Positions 62,514 to 64,000 of a DNA stretch of 64,000 bases are shown here, in pieces (the stretch's first letter is position 1; the number at the start of each line of letters is the position of its first letter). Source of the stretch: Arenicellales bacterium (GTDB taxonomy: Bacteria > Pseudomonadota > Gammaproteobacteria > Arenicellales > JAJDZL01); NCBI GenBank assembly GCA_965200425.1, contig CBDAUA010000004.1:146105-210104 (forward strand), written 5' to 3'. The position numbers and the translations under genes are program-made. Under the pieces are notes generated by a model. That model ran no database searches and was not told the origin of the DNA. It worked only from the letters and a program-made list of their open reading frames with translations.

Positions 62514-63854
62514 ATGAAATTTAAAGCCATTGTACTGTCGATAGTCGCTTCAGTAATGTTAGTTGTTCCTTTTACTGTATTGAAAGCAGAGGATATGGAA
62601 CAGTTCATTCCCGCGTTGGTGTATCGAACAGGTCCATATGCCGCAGGTGGTTCTGGATTTTTTGGAGGATTCGAAGACTATATGGCACTATTGAATCTGC
62701 GAGACGGCGGAGTCAACGGTGTTAAGTTAGTCTGGGAAGAGTGCGAAACTGCATACAACTCTGATCGAGGTGTTGAGTGTTACGAACGCCTAAAAGATAA
62801 AGGTGAGCATGGTGCGACAGTGGTTCACCCTTTAAGTACCGGTATTACTTATCGATTAATTGAACGTGCAAGTACTGACAAGATTCCAGTAATTTCAATG
62901 GGGTATGGCAGAACAGACGCATCGAACGGTAAAGTTTTTCCCTGGATTTTCCCACTTATCACAAACTACTGGAGTCAAAGCACTGCAAAGATTCGATTCA
63001 TCGGTTCTCAAGAAGGAGGAATGGAAAATCTAAAAGGGAAGAAGATTGTCAACCTTCATCACGATGGTAGTTATGGAAAGGAAACTAAACCCGTTCTTGA
63101 AGTTCAAGCTGAAAAATATGGATTTGAAGTCAAACACTATCCAGTTGCACACCCAGGTCTTGATCAGAAAGCCGCTTGGTTGGATATCGCTCGACGATAT
63201 AAACCAGATTGGGTAATTTTGAGAGGTTGGGGAGTTATGAATCCAACAGCTTTAAAAGAAGCAGCTCGAGTCGGATTTCCATCGAATCGCATCGTTGGTG
63301 TCTGGTGGAGTGGGGCTGAAGAAGATGTTATCCCCGCAGGCAAAGCGGCTGTAGGATTTATCGCTGGTGGGTTTCACCCATCCGGATCTGATTTTCCGGT
63401 TATCCAAGAAATCTTAGATATTGTTTATGGTGCTGCTAAAGGTAATATTTCACCCCAACGAGTCGGCACGATTTACTACAACAGAGGAGTTGTTGCTGGA
63501 ATCGTGACTATGGAAGCCATTCTCACCGCGCAAGCCAAATTTGGAGTAAAGGTGATTTCTGGTGAGGAAATGCGTTGGGGTCTCGAAAACTTAGACATCT
63601 CAGCAGAACGCATTGCGGAACTTGGTGCCGAGGGTTTGGTAGCACCACTGAAAATTACATGCGCCGATCATGAAGGTGGTGGCCCTGTTAAATTTAGCCA
63701 ATGGGACGGATCGGCTTGGGTTCCTGTCAGTGATTGGATCGAAACTGATAAGTCTATTGTGGATCCAATGATCATGGATTCCTCCATGGCTTACGCAGCA
63801 GAGAAGGGAATAACCCCACGCTCTGGTATGTCGTTGGGTACTGATTGCGGTTAA
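62514..63854 (+). CDS. Periplasmic substrate-binding protein (type I PBP, LivK-like)
   Basis: I prefer the start at MKFKAIVLSIVASVMLVVPFTVLKA (signal peptide) with GAGG upstream. The upstream 56 codons of the ORF overlap the livM end. Confidence 0.85.
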   Translation: MKFKAIVLSIVASVMLVVPFTVLKAEDMEQFIPALVYRTGPYAAGGSGFFGGFEDYMALLNLRDGGVNGVKLVWEECETAYNSDRGVECYERLKDKGEHGATVVHPLSTGITYRLIERASTDKIPVISMGYGRTDASNGKVFPWIFPLITNYWSQSTAKIRFIGSQEGGMENLKGKKIVNLHHDGSYGKETKPVLEVQAEKYGFEVKHYPVAHPGLDQKAAWLDIARRYKPDWVILRGWGVMNPTALKEAARVGFPSNRIVGVWWSGAEEDVIPAGKAAVGFIAGGFHPSGSDFPVIQEILDIVYGAAKGNISPQRVGTIYYNRGVVAGIVTMEAILTAQAKFGVKVISGEEMRWGLENLDISAERIAELGAEGLVAPLKITCADHEGGGPVKFSQWDGSAWVPVSDWIETDKSIVDPMIMDSSMAYAAEKGITPRSGMSLGTDCG

Positions 63855-63882
63855 CATACCTTGAATTAGACCGGCCAATACA

Positions 63883-64000
63883 ATGAACAAGAGTACAGCC
63901 ACGATAGCCAGCCAAAACGCTGCGTTAATTTCTGTAAATAACATCGAAGTTATTTACGATCGCGTTATTCTCGTTCTGAAAGGTGTATCACTTGAGGTTC
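63883..64000 (+). CDS. ABC transporter ATP-binding protein (LivF-like), N-terminal 39 codons only; continues beyond the window
   Basis: From the ATG at 63883, MNKSTATIASQNAALISVNNIEVIYDRVILVLKGVSLEV is typical of LivF-type ATPases. Open to the window end. Confidence 0.6.
   Translation, partial: MNKSTATIASQNAALISVNNIEVIYDRVILVLKGVSLEV

Overview
A moderately AT-rich proteobacterial chromosome segment. The synteny (tpiA-secG-tRNA-Leu-nuoA, rimP-nusA-infB-rbfA-truB-rpsO-pnp, zipA-ligA, dksA, yciB) is typical of Gamma/Betaproteobacteria. Most of the window is core housekeeping: a 13-gene NADH dehydrogenase I operon (nuoA-nuoM, with no nuoN), the nusA/infB/pnp transcription-translation cluster, zipA-ligA, acnA, hsp20, queA, sseA and two tRNA-Leu genes. 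The last part is a Liv-type ABC uptake operon headed by an acyl-CoA synthetase.

Three parts look accessory or unusual:
1. 1.85-3.05 kb holds a head-to-tail triplication of a small membrane-anchored coiled-coil gene. The copies carry 2, 3 and 4 heptads of a 21-nt coding repeat. Only the promoter-proximal copy has an ATG, and the array sits between two ORF-free spacers of about 1 kb each.
2. 18.2-29.9 kb is a block of amide and D-amino-acid metabolism genes that starts exactly where nuoN is expected. It contains a DUF1611/DgcN-like plus enolase-superfamily DgcA-like pair, a class IV aminotransferase, a DdlA-type ligase, a GMC oxidoreductase, one intact amidase, and one amidase-signature paralog whose catalytic Lys and Ser are replaced.
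3. A 1.6 kb AT-rich ORF-free spacer lies upstream of rimP. It contains a phased DnaA-box-like array and a promoter-plus-terminator-bounded transcript of about 115 nt at the position E. coli uses for metY.

Other observations: a decayed IS1595-type transposase remnant sits next to tRNA-Leu(CAA). About 10 percent of the window is in ORF-free spacers of 400 bp or more, although the genes themselves are tightly packed. I found no CRISPR array, rRNA, integrase or recognisable defence system. All calls come from reading the sequence and the translated ORFs; no database search was run.
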